Origin: Octopus bimaculoides
Taxonomy: Eukaryota
DNA: 63,413 nucleotides
NCBI RefSeq assembly: GCF_001194135.2
Contig: NC_068990.1
Coordinates: 10,149,914-10,213,326 of the forward strand
Direction of reading: 5' to 3'
The notes under the pieces were generated by a model, which saw only the letters and a program-made list of their open reading frames with translations, was not told the origin of the DNA and did no database searches. This document shows positions 51,781-63,413 of this stretch, piece by piece. How positions within the stretch are numbered: the stretch's first letter is position 1; each line of letters opens with the position of its first letter. A program made the position numbers and the translations under genes.

Positions 51781-51872
51781 AAGTCGGCGTAGGCGGAATT
51801 CGAACTCAGAACGTATAGACGGACAAAATGCCGCTAATCCTTTTGCCAGGTATGCTAAAGTTTCTTCCAGCT
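51781..51872 (-). mobile_element. Family A SINE, 5' half
   Basis: GGCGGAATTCGAACTCAGAACGTATAGACGGACAAAATGCCGCTAA...TGCTAAAGTTTCTTCCAGCT. Confidence 0.82.
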
Positions 51873-53989
51873 AATATGATTTTCCAGATAATATGGTATT
51901 ATCAACTAATAATCCCATAGCTATTTTTAAAATTGAAGCTTCATATTTCACACATATATTTCAGGCATTTTAAGTTCTTTTAATTTCCGTTTAGAAGAGT
52001 GAACGATACAGAAGCATGTGAGGCGTTTCACTAATTTTGCTGCTTCAGTCTTACAGCCTTAACAAATGCAATTAAAAAGACAGATGGCACTTCATTCTTG
52101 TGAATATCAATCACGTCGTTTAGATATTATGCAACCAGAAAAACATCCGCAGTGAAATATTTCGATTCGCACACGCATGTGGATGTAGTTTCCGAAGAAC
52201 GTCTTCGAAAATGACACTCACGCACATGCGCGCGCACACACACACACACACACGCGCACACACATACAGACACACACATATATATATATATAAATGCAGA
52301 CATACACGCATACAAATATGCATGCATATATACGGACATACAGACGCACACACACACAAGCACCCTTAAGACTAACAGACATATATAGACGCCTATATAT
52401 TTATATTTTGATGGTGAAATAAATTGGAGGGTGGGATTCAAGTCATCCACCATAGTTTTGATTGTGAGAAGATATAATCATAACAAAATGAGCACAAATT
52501 TACGCTCATTTCCCAAAAAATCATTTCACTTACATACTACAGGGACTAATGTAGTAATAAGCTACATAATAGAAGTTTAGTGAAGTCTTAAGAATAATAT
52601 GTAGAATGTCACATGAAAACCTTTCGTTTTAAGACACAATTTATCTTCAAATTTAAAATATGCAGAACATATTCTAAAACGCACTGACTCATATATTTTT
52701 TGCTAATTGTTTTATCAAAGTATAGGGATCATCTTTAAGGAATTTGACAGCTTCTGTTTATAGGAAATCCAATCGTCGCGGAATATAAGTGAGTGATTAG
52801 TAATTATACTAAATCACTGATTAGTAATTGCCTGAGCTAAATAGACAAGCTTGAAATAGTAAAACATTTGAAGATAAAAATATTTCTAATTTCTATAAAA
52901 ATATCTATCTAATTTCTATCCATAGGTTTTAGAATGTATTGAATATTTTCGAGCGTATAACATGCAATAAATTAACTGAAACATGTATTTTGCATTTCTG
53001 AGTGAACGGGAAACAGCGATATTTTTTTCGATATCACAAATCCTTCTAACTCATTTTCTGTAGGTCTGTCACAGACACACATAAAACGCAGAACCGATTG
53101 CTGTTGTCTGTTAGGGCATTAATAGAAGGTTTGCAGGTAGTGTATGCACACCGCTAAAGATATAACTGATGGATGTCTTCCATTTTCCATTTACTTTCGT
53201 GTTCCTCACTCTCCCACATTAGCTAACGCAATACGTATTCAGTACAAAAATGATGAACCCACTACAACACTTTATGCGACACATATACGTAAACTCGGAT
53301 AAAATTAATCTTTTGTTTCCACCACACGTCTATCTACAATCTTCAACTATTTTATATTTCTCTCACGAGGCATTCGTCGATTCGATTGGATAAAGACAAA
53401 TGGACAACATCCAGTGGAATAGTAAAACATTATGTCTTTCAGGCACAGGTCTAAAATATTTTCTTGTATTTAATGTGGTTAAAAACTTGTTGCTGCTATA
53501 TATCATTTTATCTTAATTTTCTTTTACTTGAATGTAGAAATTATAATTATTATTCTATAATATAATGTAATGGCAACAGTTTGGAATACTAGTGCTAAAA
53601 GAGGTTTCTTCTTCCCTCCACAGTATTGCGATAAATGTTGTGATCAATAACTTTGTATGATATTGCATACACATTGTAATCAATATTCTTTTTTTCTGTT
53701 CTTTTTGGTGTAAATACTACTAACAGATCCCCATTAACAGCATGCAATTCTATTTAGTTTTCTGCTAAAATTCGTCGCCAATAACAAAGAGGAGGTTCGA
53801 CAAAATACTTGTTCGTGTTTTCTGAAAAGCATAACAGAGGAATGTCAAAGAGATATAGAATTCACAAAAGTTGAAATCTAGAAAATATTCTCGAGGCTAG
53901 AAGCATCATATTTAACATTACAATGATGAAATCATATTAGTATATACTTATATGCATACACAGTAACGTACAAAAATACATACACCCAA

Positions 53990-54058
53990 ACAGACGTATG
54001 TATATATATATATAGATGGACATATACATACATACACACACACACGCATACACACACG

Positions 54059-54124
<66 letters not shown>

Positions 54125-54250
54125 TTTATATGTGTATACGTCTGTATGTGTGTATGTGTATGTGTACCTATATATACACATATGTATAAATGTAAAAACT
54201 TGTATATATACATACACATACATATATGACTATGTATATTGGTGTATGTA
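53990..54250. repeat. Mixed (TA)/(CA)/(TG) microsatellite block
   Basis: Directly visible. Confidence 0.88.
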
Positions 54251-55320
54251 TGATAAATATTTGTTATACTGCCATAAAATAGATTAGCTGTTCGTTTTAA
54301 GTTAATTATCAAGGAAATTTGTTGGAATTGATTGATTTGAAAATGAGCAGGTCTGACGATTAAAATATAGAGCTGAAAGAATCCAATTAGAAAGGAGGTT
54401 AAATCTAAAATTAATAACACAAACAAAACACGTATATGAAAACAAGGATGGTAATTTTTTTCAGTTTGTTTACAATATTTGACTTTTCGACTTTAGAACA
54501 CTGTATTAATATCATTACAGAGCCCCATATATATTCCACTCAACAAAGAAACTCAGGGTTCATATGACCAAAAATAACCAATAAAAATCATCACAGTGTT
54601 AAACAATGTTAAGCTAGACATTATGGCTACATGTTAAAATGTTTACATTGTGAAGGTATAATGAAGAGAAGAGAAGAACATTTCAAATATAAAACTTCTG
54701 TGATCCTGGACATTCGATGTTATGTTGGTCTACTTTTTTTTTTTTTTGTGGGCGTTGTAGTTAAAAGGTTCAACAGAAAATCAAAGTCTATTTCAAAGCA
54801 CAAAATACAATATATTAGAACTGTATGAATGCGCGTGTAATCTCGGCATTAAATCAAAGATCTCACAGAAAATGCGATTAAACAATAAAGAAAAAATGTT
54901 TCACTCCACATACGCATTACAGAAAATGTATACACATATATAGTAGTATGTATGTATGTATGTATGTATGTATGCATACATATANNNNNNNNNNNNNNNN
55001 NNNNNNNNNNNNNNNNNNNNNNNNNNNNNNNNNNNNNNNNNNNNNNNNNNNNNNNNNNNNNNNNNNNNNNNNNNNNNNNNNNNNNNNNNNNNNNNNNNNN
55101 NNNNNNNNNNNNNNNNNNNNNNNNNNNNNNNNNNNNNNNNNNNNNNNNNNNNNNNNNNNNNNNNNNNNNNNNNNNNNNNNNNNNNNNNNNNNNNNNNNNN
55201 NNNNNNNNNNNNNNNNNNNNNNNNNNNNNNNNNNNNNNNNNNNNNATATATATATATATATATATATATGTCTGTGTGTGTGCCTGCATGTGAACCTATA
55301 TATACACACGGATAAATGTA

Positions 55321-55378
<58 letters not shown>

Positions 55379-56029
55379 AATGTTCATATATATATATATA
55401 TACATGTGTGAATACATAAAAACACGCTCACGCACACGCACACACACTCACGTATACGCGCACACATACAAGCACAACAACATGGGCACACAAGCGTATA
55501 CATCATACTATGTCATTTATGCGAAATATACTATTGTTACGGTTTGTTAGTAATTCTTCAAGAAAAATCTCAATGCACATTTTAACAACCGAAGAATATT
55601 TCTGGAGATATAATATTTGTTAATGCACTTTATTTATAATTTACCAGTTATTGCGGCGTCTCTCTATAATGATCTGTACGTTTCCCAATAGAAAACAAAT
55701 TCATTCAACGCTTGATGGTATGATAGTATGCACTTGAACATTACTTCGAGTTGTATCCCTAACGCTAGACAACATTTCAATATATTATCGAAGAGAAATT
55801 TTAGAGGGAAAATGATAGATAATTTGAGAGAAATATGCATATATATTTATATAGATACACATACACGCACACACACATATATAAAAAGATCAAAATTTCT
55901 TCCCGAAACCTAGGCTCATAGCGATGGCTTACCCGACCATGTAGCGTTTACAAGCAACCCACCTTGGACAGAAAGCCGTCTTTGGATTACACATTNNNNN
56001 NNNNNTATATATATATATATATATATATA

Positions 56030-56060
<31 letters not shown>

Positions 56061-56269
56061 TTAATATATATGTATGTATGTATATGTGTGTGAGTATATA
56101 TGCATATATATTTATATAGATACACATACACGCACACACACATATATAAAAAGATCAAAATTTCTTCCCGAAACCTAGGCTCATAGCGATGGCTTACCCG
56201 ACCATGTAGCGTTTACAAGCAACCCACCTTGGACAGAAAGCCGTCTTTGGATTACACATTGTTGCGATC

Positions 56270-56340
56270 TGACTGGATTGAAGGAACGTGAAATAAAGTG
56301 TCTTGCTGAGCCACACAGTCGAGGAGTCGAAATCAGAAAT
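56270..56340 (-). mobile_element. Family B-like SINE remnant
   Basis: GGAACGTGAAATAAAGTGTCTTGCT...GGAGTCGAAATCAG matches the family B core and B-box region. Confidence 0.5.
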
Positions 56341-56752
56341 TTACCAACATTTTTGCATCAACTCAACCTCTCTATAAACATATCTTTGGTCAGACTAAAA
56401 TTTGCATCCGATAGTGAGTCCTGTTTCCCGGATTTCGAGAAATCGGAATTGTGACGAATCACAGTGCACCTACTAATGTTCCCAGATATGCTTCGACCGA
56501 GTGTAGTACCAATGGTCGTGGTCATGACTAAGAGTAGATTAACATGTCAAGAAATTATCCCTACAAGTTCATTCATATAGCTTCAATAACTCCGGTTAAC
56601 ACCAGATCTCTAGCTGATCTTCTAAAAAATGGCATATATTACTAATCATGAACTCTGATGGCTACTGAGTTTGTGATACTTGTTTCTTCATTTTGAAGGA
56701 CAGGACAGTGGAACTGCGCTGCACAGACCACGCCCAACATAATCCTCTCCGC

Positions 56753-56936
56753 CTTTCTTCTATAGGCACAATGCCTGACAGTTTTGTGGGGTGAGGTTTA
56801 GTCAGCTAATACATAATTTATCGACTCCGAAAGAATGAGAGGTAAAGTTGACGTCGGCAGCAATTGAACTTAGAACGTAAAGACGGACTACATGGCATCA
56901 AACATTTTCACTGGCGTGCTAAAAATTCTATCAGCT
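56753..56936 (-). mobile_element. Family A SINE
   Basis: TAGGCACAATGCCTG...AATTTATCGACTCCGAAAGAATGAGAGGTAAAGTTGACGTCGGC...GAACTTAGAACGTAAAGACGGAC...GGCGTGCTAA. Confidence 0.85.
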
Positions 56937-57069
56937 TACTACATTAAAAAGGCACATTATAATAATTTGACCATGCTGCGCCGTGCAAATTTTGTGTCTG
57001 CTCTTACAAAAGAAAGTTTCAGAGAGTAAACTCCTAGACAAAACGTTGTGGAAGAGAGACTCAACAACA

Positions 57070-57170
57070 GTGCTATTTAACAGATGGGTACGGTGCTATT
57101 TAACAGATGGGTACGGTGCTATTTAACAGATGGGTACGGTGCTATTTAACAGATGGGTACGGTGCTATTT
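57070..57170. repeat. Perfect 23-bp minisatellite, 4.4 copies
   Basis: (GTGCTATTTAACAGATGGGTACG)x4 plus GTGCTATTT, with no spacers. Confidence 0.98.
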
Positions 57171-57341
57171 TACACAACAACCGACGCATGGATACTGCTA
57201 ACTTGTTGACATCCCTTTCCTTCGTGTCACTGTTCATTTGTGTCTGGAATTAACTCAGACACAGCAGATATGAGGTAATATGTTACTGTTTCTGCACTAA
57301 TACTAAGACGTAAAAGCGAGACAAATACATACATATATTTG

Positions 57342-57383
<42 letters not shown>

Positions 57384-59889
57384 CTTATCTATCTATGTTA
57401 CTGAGAAAACGGATCATGGATTACAAATATATATCAATAGAACACAGACAAACCATCATGCACGTAGTAAGTATTATAATTTCTTTGTTTCTCAGAATTA
57501 ATCGATCTTATATAGTTTTTCTGTAAATCTACATCTCACCCATGAATAAACGCTCTCATTACATGGGGGAAACGAACGCTTTGGATCCGTAGGCTATAGA
57601 AACGCGATATACGTGCTTAGTCTTCCCTCTGTATATGGAAGAGTACTTTGCCGTGAATTGTAAGATATTAGTGTGATCATGATAAATGATTATTACACAA
57701 TGTTTAATTGTTGTATATTTATTTCAGCGAGTACGGGAGTTGAGGGATGATTGTCAGTGTGAGTTAATATTTATTACAAGGTTGTTGCTAAAAGAATAAG
57801 TATAATTAATTTTGTCTCTGGATTACAACAAAGAATGATTCCATATGGAATGCTTGAATTACAAAAGGGAACATATTAACCGTTTGAGTCGTTCTTTATC
57901 AATCATTTGCTCATGCCTGTAAAATACATTTGTAAATTGCTAGATTAAATTTAGATTTTTTTCTTATATCCACATGTAACATGATGGCATTTATACTTGA
58001 CACTAGACACGCCGACAATTACAATAAAAATCATGCATATACGCACTAAAATTTACTCTTATTTATATACCGATATGTGTATATCTCAATTATTTATGAA
58101 CACATATACCATATTTATGAATATGTACGTAGAGAGGTCGGTATGGATTATGCGTTCGACGTATTATATTTCCCATTATTAGTTTACTACAATATTAATT
58201 CAGAAAAACTTAACACCGAAAAGGTGAAGAGTCCCGCTGGCAATCAGAACGTGTTTCAAATTATTTCAAGACAAATTAATATTTAAAAGCAATTTAATGC
58301 TTATTGTTACGAAAAATAATTTATTGACTATCGAAAGGAATTTTTGAACACATCGATATTTTCAGGACTGCATATGAATGCAAATACAACTTAAAAGACT
58401 TATTGTTCACCAAGAAACCTTATTTCGCCTAAGCTCTGCAACTCCACTATATTCACAATAAATGTATTAATGTCACATTTTATTCAAGACCAGATTCCTG
58501 CTGGATGCCATAAGGATAAGAATTATTATGTTTTTATAAAATTGTTACCTTTCCAGATATGTCTGAGACATTATGTTAACACTGCTTTTTTTCATGGTGA
58601 TAAAACAATCCCATAGAGCAAAAGGTGCAAACGCACCGGGTCAGTTTTACACGTTTTCTTGTACAGCAACACTTTTTCTCCATGACAAAGTGCAGTGAAC
58701 GGGCTTCCTACTAGATCGAATATGTCTCAAATATATTTGAACTGGTAAAGCACTGTTTAGAGACTCTAACACGTCATTTACTATTTTAGTATGAAGCCTC
58801 AAAAAATCAGTGATGTGAGTTGACTTCAATAAAAATTTGATACGACATACATCAACGTATTAAAAGAAGAAAAAGCGATTATTAAAGAGTTAGGAGGATA
58901 TCAATAATAGCATATAAAAGTCTTCCGATTTGAGGCTGTGTGTATACATGTATACGGAAACAGTGTTTAAATCTAAATTCACAGGGCGCTCTCTTTCTTA
59001 AAAGCTGGCATATTTTTCCATTCGTGCATTATATCATTTTTTTTGCCAAGCTTTATTTACGGACGTTTCACTTGTAAATTAAAATGTTGGTGATGTTAAC
59101 TTTTTCTACTATTTTGCAGTTTTCCTAAAAATAATATATCGTGTAAGCATTAGGTTCGAAATAATCGTATAAAACCCTTAACTACGCCATACCCCTTAAC
59201 TGGATATTTAATGCTAAAACTAAAATATTTACTTGTTAAGTGTGTGCGTGCGATCGCATTTGTGTATTTGCTCTGGTTGTCTGCTAGGTAAGTGATAAAA
59301 TAAAGAAAACGTTTTTTAAAAGAATGCATCCTACATATTATTGATTGATACCGTTACTAATGAAAGATATATTCCGCATGATAATAATTTCATTTTAAAA
59401 TGTATGGATTCATAAAGTATACTATTTACGAGACAAATCCAAGCGGGAATGAGAAGTAGATCATAGTTTCTGGTAGGCAGAAATTTGTGCATGGTGAGTG
59501 GCGCCTGTCACTCACATAATTTCTTCGTTTAATCGAACTATTGAAAAGGCTGATCTATACATTTTCCTGCAAAGCACCACCGATCCGCATGTTAAAATTC
59601 TCTTTGCGCTAATTCTTTCGTATTTCGCTGATCAATCAAATTAGAGATTACTATGAAAGTAAATCTCTGATCTATAGTAATTTTTATTTTCTCTAATACC
59701 TTCCGCTTGTATTGCTGTTATTCATTCAGAAGGGAAAACAGATGCTCCAAACTAAACGAAATTCAATCAGATTTTTAGAGTTAAAGGATTTTCTTCTGTA
59801 GTGAAATACACTTGTTTTCTTTAGCTTAACCACACTTACCCACCCCACACGCGCACACATATATAAATGTATATCTATACATATATGTC

Positions 59890-60213
59890 ATTAGACCTCG
59901 GCCATGCTGGAGCACCGACTTCAAGAATTTATAGTCCAATGTATCGACCTTAGTACATATTCTATCAGTCAATTTTAGTGAACTGTTAAGTTAGGTGGAC
60001 CTAAGCACACCTGTACTGATTATCAGACAGAATAGCACATATACATATATATATATACATATATACGACAAGCTTCTTTCAGTTTCCGCCTATCAAATCA
60101 ACTTACAAGTCTTTGGTCGGCCCGATGCTTTAGTAGGAGATATTTGCCTAAGTTGCCACACACTAGGACTGGCTCCGAACTATGTGGTTGGAAAGCAAGC
60201 TCCTTACCACACA
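59890..60213 (-). mobile_element. tRNA-derived SINE, family C (CORE-like central motif)
   Basis: The minus strand reads TGTGTGGTAAGGAGCTTGCTT..GTTCGGAGCCAGTCC..GGCAACTTAGGCAAATATCT..GGGCCGACCAAAGAC..GCGGAAACTGAAAGAAGC, then an internal (TA/TG) repeat, then ...GGTGCTCCAGCATGGCCG. It is collinear with 11120-11532. Confidence 0.85.
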
Positions 60214-61496
60214 ATATGTATATGTATATGTATATGTGTGTGTGTGTTTATACATTTATAATTATACACACACATATACATATATAAAAACAGATCGATG
60301 TATAGGAAGTACAAGAAAAGAGCACAAACCACAATTTATTCGACTGACGAAGAACGTCCTCTTACATTTTACTTATAGTACAACTGAAAGTACAGATCGC
60401 ACGTTTAAAAACAGAAGTTAATATTATTCAAATCAGATACATATATAATTGAATTGTCGTTGTCAAAGGAGCCAATGCGTCTCTGTTATTCTCTTAAATA
60501 TTTGTCTTTTCACGATAAGTTTTGTTGAAAAAGTGAGGAGAAATTTTAAAAAAATTTAACAAAAAATTCGTATTTGTATACGAGTCCACAAAAAAATTCT
60601 TGCAGAAGATTTTTATTCGAATACAAGCTTTCAGATAAAGACGAGAAACTGACGAATGGGGAAAGTTGTATTCTTCTTCATATATAATGCATCTCTGGAT
60701 ATATAAAAAAAATTACCGGAACAGGGTTCTTGTCGATTGATTCATATTTAAAAGAAAAGCATGGTCATGGTTTCAGAAACTATAAGGAATAATACTATGT
60801 TAAAATATAAAAACCATAAAACCAAACCAGGCAAAATGCGCATCAAATTTATTGAAGTTCGAACCGAATCACTGATTTGTAATTACAGAAATCAGAAATA
60901 GCTTTGAACAGGCACACGAAGTGATTGTTTAAAATTCTATTTTGTATCACACCGAGATGCTAAATAACAAATTATAAAAATCGGCATATATACATTCAGC
61001 CTATATTTTCTCATCATGTTGAGCCCCAGGCAAAAAAGAAAGTTATTTTGCGAAAGTAATGGTATGATATGAGTTCACGAAAAATACAGTAACTCGAAAA
61101 TGTTCTTATTAACAAAACAAAGGTCATTATGAAACTGTGAGAAAGAAAATAAAACACCTTATTATGGCGTATAGAGTTCAGATGAAAACTTACTTAGATA
61201 TCTTAGTTTACGTTTCACCGTACGACACTGCATCTCTCTGTCTTTCTCTGTTCTCACCCCCTCTCTCTCTCTGTCCTCTCGCTCACTCTCTCTCTCCTCT
61301 CGCTCACTCTCTCTCTCTCTATATATATATATATAAATACATATATCGGGGAGAGAGAGAGAAAGAGAGAGAGAGAAAGAAAGGTGGATAGATAGATAGA
61401 TAGATAGATATATAGATAGATAGATAGGTGGATGGGGTGAGAGAGGGAGAACATTTGAAGTGATATACAGATATTGTATATTTAGAATGTTGGATG

Positions 61497-61533
<37 letters not shown>

Positions 61534-62089
61534 TATTTATATTTTTACCTCTTTATTCCGTTATCGGATTTATTAGAAAGTGGTTTTAATGTTAGATTTC
61601 TTACCCTTTTTATATATTAAAAATGTTTGTGGAGTTTGTCAAGCAAGGGAGAAGAAAAAAGAGAAAAATTGGNNNNNNNNNNNNNNNNNNNNNNNNNNNN
61701 NNNNNNNNNNNNNNNNNNNNNNNNNNNNNNNNNCTCTCTCTCCTCTCGCTCACTCTCTCTCTCTCTATATATATATATATAAATACATATATCGGGGAGA
61801 GAGAGAGAAAGAGAGAGAGAGAAAGAAAGGTGGATAGATAGATAGATAGATAGATATATAGATAGATAGATAGGTGGATGGGGTGAGAGAGGGAGAACAT
61901 TTGAAGTGATATACAGATATTGTATATTTAGAATGTTGGATGATTATATATATATATATATATATATAATGTGCGTGTATGCATGTCATTTAATAAACAC
62001 AGAACAGTAAACTATTTGTATGTGTGTGTGTATATATATATATATTGTACTCTTCCAAGTTTATAAAATTATATATATATATATATAAC

Positions 62090-62391
62090 GGATTCCTCCC
62101 GTCGAAGGCGACATATGAATGCTCAGATTTTTGCTGAATGACCTACACAAATGGCTTGTTTATAGTGATCAAATGCTGTTCTCGCTTCACATTATCTCAC
62201 ACCATCCGTCAAGTCAACGTTGTCTGAATAAATGTACTGTGTACCACGCCGCAGGCGCCAACGTGATCGTAGAGCAACGGAAATAATGTGTTTTGCTCAA
62301 GAACATAACGGACAACACAGTATGGGTATTGAAAGTACAATAGTGAGATCGTGAGTGCTACAACTATAACTATTAGTTCATGCGCCCTCAC
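62090..62391 (-). mobile_element. Family B-related SINE with a divergent 3' tail
   Basis: Head remnant GTGAGGGCGCATG..., core GAGCAACGGAAATAATGTGTTTTGCTCAAGAACATAAC. The tail differs from the copies at 15981 and 30594 and ends in (TA)n. Confidence 0.65.
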
Positions 62392-62479
62392 ACTTATATA
62401 TATTTAAATCAATAGTATCAGACAAATTACCTTATAGAGTGCCATTCAAAGCCCCTATCCAGGTATCGGCTACCACATA

Positions 62480-62653
62480 TTAATATTATTATTATTAGTA
62501 GTAGTATTATTGTTATTATTATTATTAATAATATTCAGTTCACTGCCTGGAATCGAACTAAAACATGTTGGGGTTAGTAGCTCGCTCTCTCAACCGCTAG
62601 GCCATTTGGACAATTATGGAGTAGCCCGCGCGCTCTTAACCACTAAGCCATGG
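62480..62653 (-). mobile_element. Short tRNA-head SINE, family D, with (AAT)n tail and duplicated head
   Basis: The minus strand reads ATGGCTTAGTGGTTAAGAGCGCGCGGGCTACT (truncated head), then ATGGCCTAGCGGTTGAGAGAGCGAGCTACTAACCCC..AGTTCGATTCCAGGCAGTGAACTGAAT and an AAT-rich tail. Confidence 0.7.
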
Positions 62654-62693
62654 ACAATTACGGAGTGAATTTTAGGGCTTATAAATCTAATAT

Positions 62694-62835
62694 TTTCCTA
62701 TCCTTCTTTAATACCGGTTCTCATATGCTATTCATATCTGCACTGTGTCCTAGCATATCTGCTGTTTCTTTTAGTTTTCGTATTTTCCAGTGGTATTCTC
62801 TGTCTAATATTTTAACTTCATGATAGAGAATTTCA
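62694..62835 (-). mobile_element. Penelope-like element, GIY-YIG endonuclease C-terminus
   Basis: Reads ILYHEVKILDREYHWKIRKLKETADMLGH..DMNSI*EPVLKKDR, matching the recalled PLE ending ..VKILD.E..W..R..KE... Confidence 0.7.
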
Positions 62836-62967
62836 GGCACCCTCACCCTGCTCAATTCAGAGCTGAATATTTTGGCCAAGATGTTGTGAACAAGGTGATA
62901 GGCGATGCGCCATCCCAAGAAGGAATCTTTGTGACAACCTCCACGTATATGTGTGCGTCCACGTGTA

Positions 62968-63016
<49 letters not shown>

Positions 63017-63029
63017 TATAATATGTGAT

Positions 63030-63170
63030 AATTATTCGGTTGCCGTAATAAAACTCCGAGTTTCGGATATCGGGCCGAAACCTGCATTGACATCTCTTCA
63101 GTTATCGGACGGTACGGGTTTTTGCCCCTACATCCGAAACTCGGAGCTTTATTATGGCAACCAAATAATT
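63030..63170. mobile_element. 141-bp MITE-like fold-back element
   Basis: 63030-63068 and 63132-63170 are inverted repeats matching at 36 of 39 positions, and looser pairing continues about 14 bp inward. Confidence 0.75.
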
Positions 63171-63413
63171 GCCACATATAATATTGCAGATAAATTCCTC
63201 TATTTACATAATATCAAGGCCTATTTCACTCTCTAGTTAATATCTTTTCTAGAATAACTATTGCTTGACCATTTTCTCAGACTGTCTCCGATGAAAGGAT
63301 ATATAAAATATCCCAGAAACAGCTGTAAGACCTTCTATTTATAAATATTCTGAAATCATTCACAGCCTTGGTTTGTTATCTCATTCTGTTAATTTATATA
63401 TATATTATATATA

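Noticed and set aside
55835-56260. ~160-bp exact direct duplication (55835-55995 and 56100-56260)
   Set aside because: The copies are identical and straddle a 10-N gap, so this is most likely an unmerged contig overlap or haplotype artefact. Long reads would settle it.
57070-57170. 23-bp repeats as a CRISPR array
   Set aside because: The units are contiguous with no spacers, there are no cas genes, and the context is eukaryotic.
59265-59495. Consensus plus-strand donors (CTAG|GTAAGT at about 59287; CATG|GTGAGT at about 59491)
   Set aside because: There are no convincing upstream acceptors or open frames, and isolated 6-mers are expected by chance.
61288-61965. ~230-bp exact duplication (about 61288-61525 and 61734-61965)
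   Set aside because: The identical microsatellite-rich copies sit beside a gap, so this is a probable assembly artefact.
62820-63236. 138-aa ORF
   Set aside because: It crosses a Penelope relic edge, a (TG)n tract and the MITE hairpin; it is a composite chance frame.

Overview
AT-rich, microsatellite-dense eukaryotic genomic DNA with 12 N-gaps, most of them opening or closing in (AT)n runs. The SINE families, Tc1/mariner relics and microsatellite load match what I recall of octopus genomes, so a short-read Octopus scaffold is likely (inference). I could not identify an intact host gene, rRNA, tRNA or CRISPR array. Nearly all supplied ORFs are translated microsatellites, N-gaps or antisense readings of dead transposases. 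The recognisable content is a transposon graveyard: about 20 copies of four tRNA-headed SINE families; five dead Tc1/mariner elements (one Hsmar1-like, one other DD34D-type, three maT/DD37D-like); fragments of R4/Dong-like, RTE, Penelope-like and probably CR1-group retroelements; and a small MITE-like hairpin. The most unusual structure is a ~510-bp tandem repeat that flips orientation at 46053, forming a ~1.4-kb imperfect palindrome (arms of about 645 bp, 116-bp spacer). Several small splice-bounded exon candidates are reported as unverified hypotheses only. Family names rest on recalled consensus motifs, not on database searches. I see no firm evidence of a new biological system.
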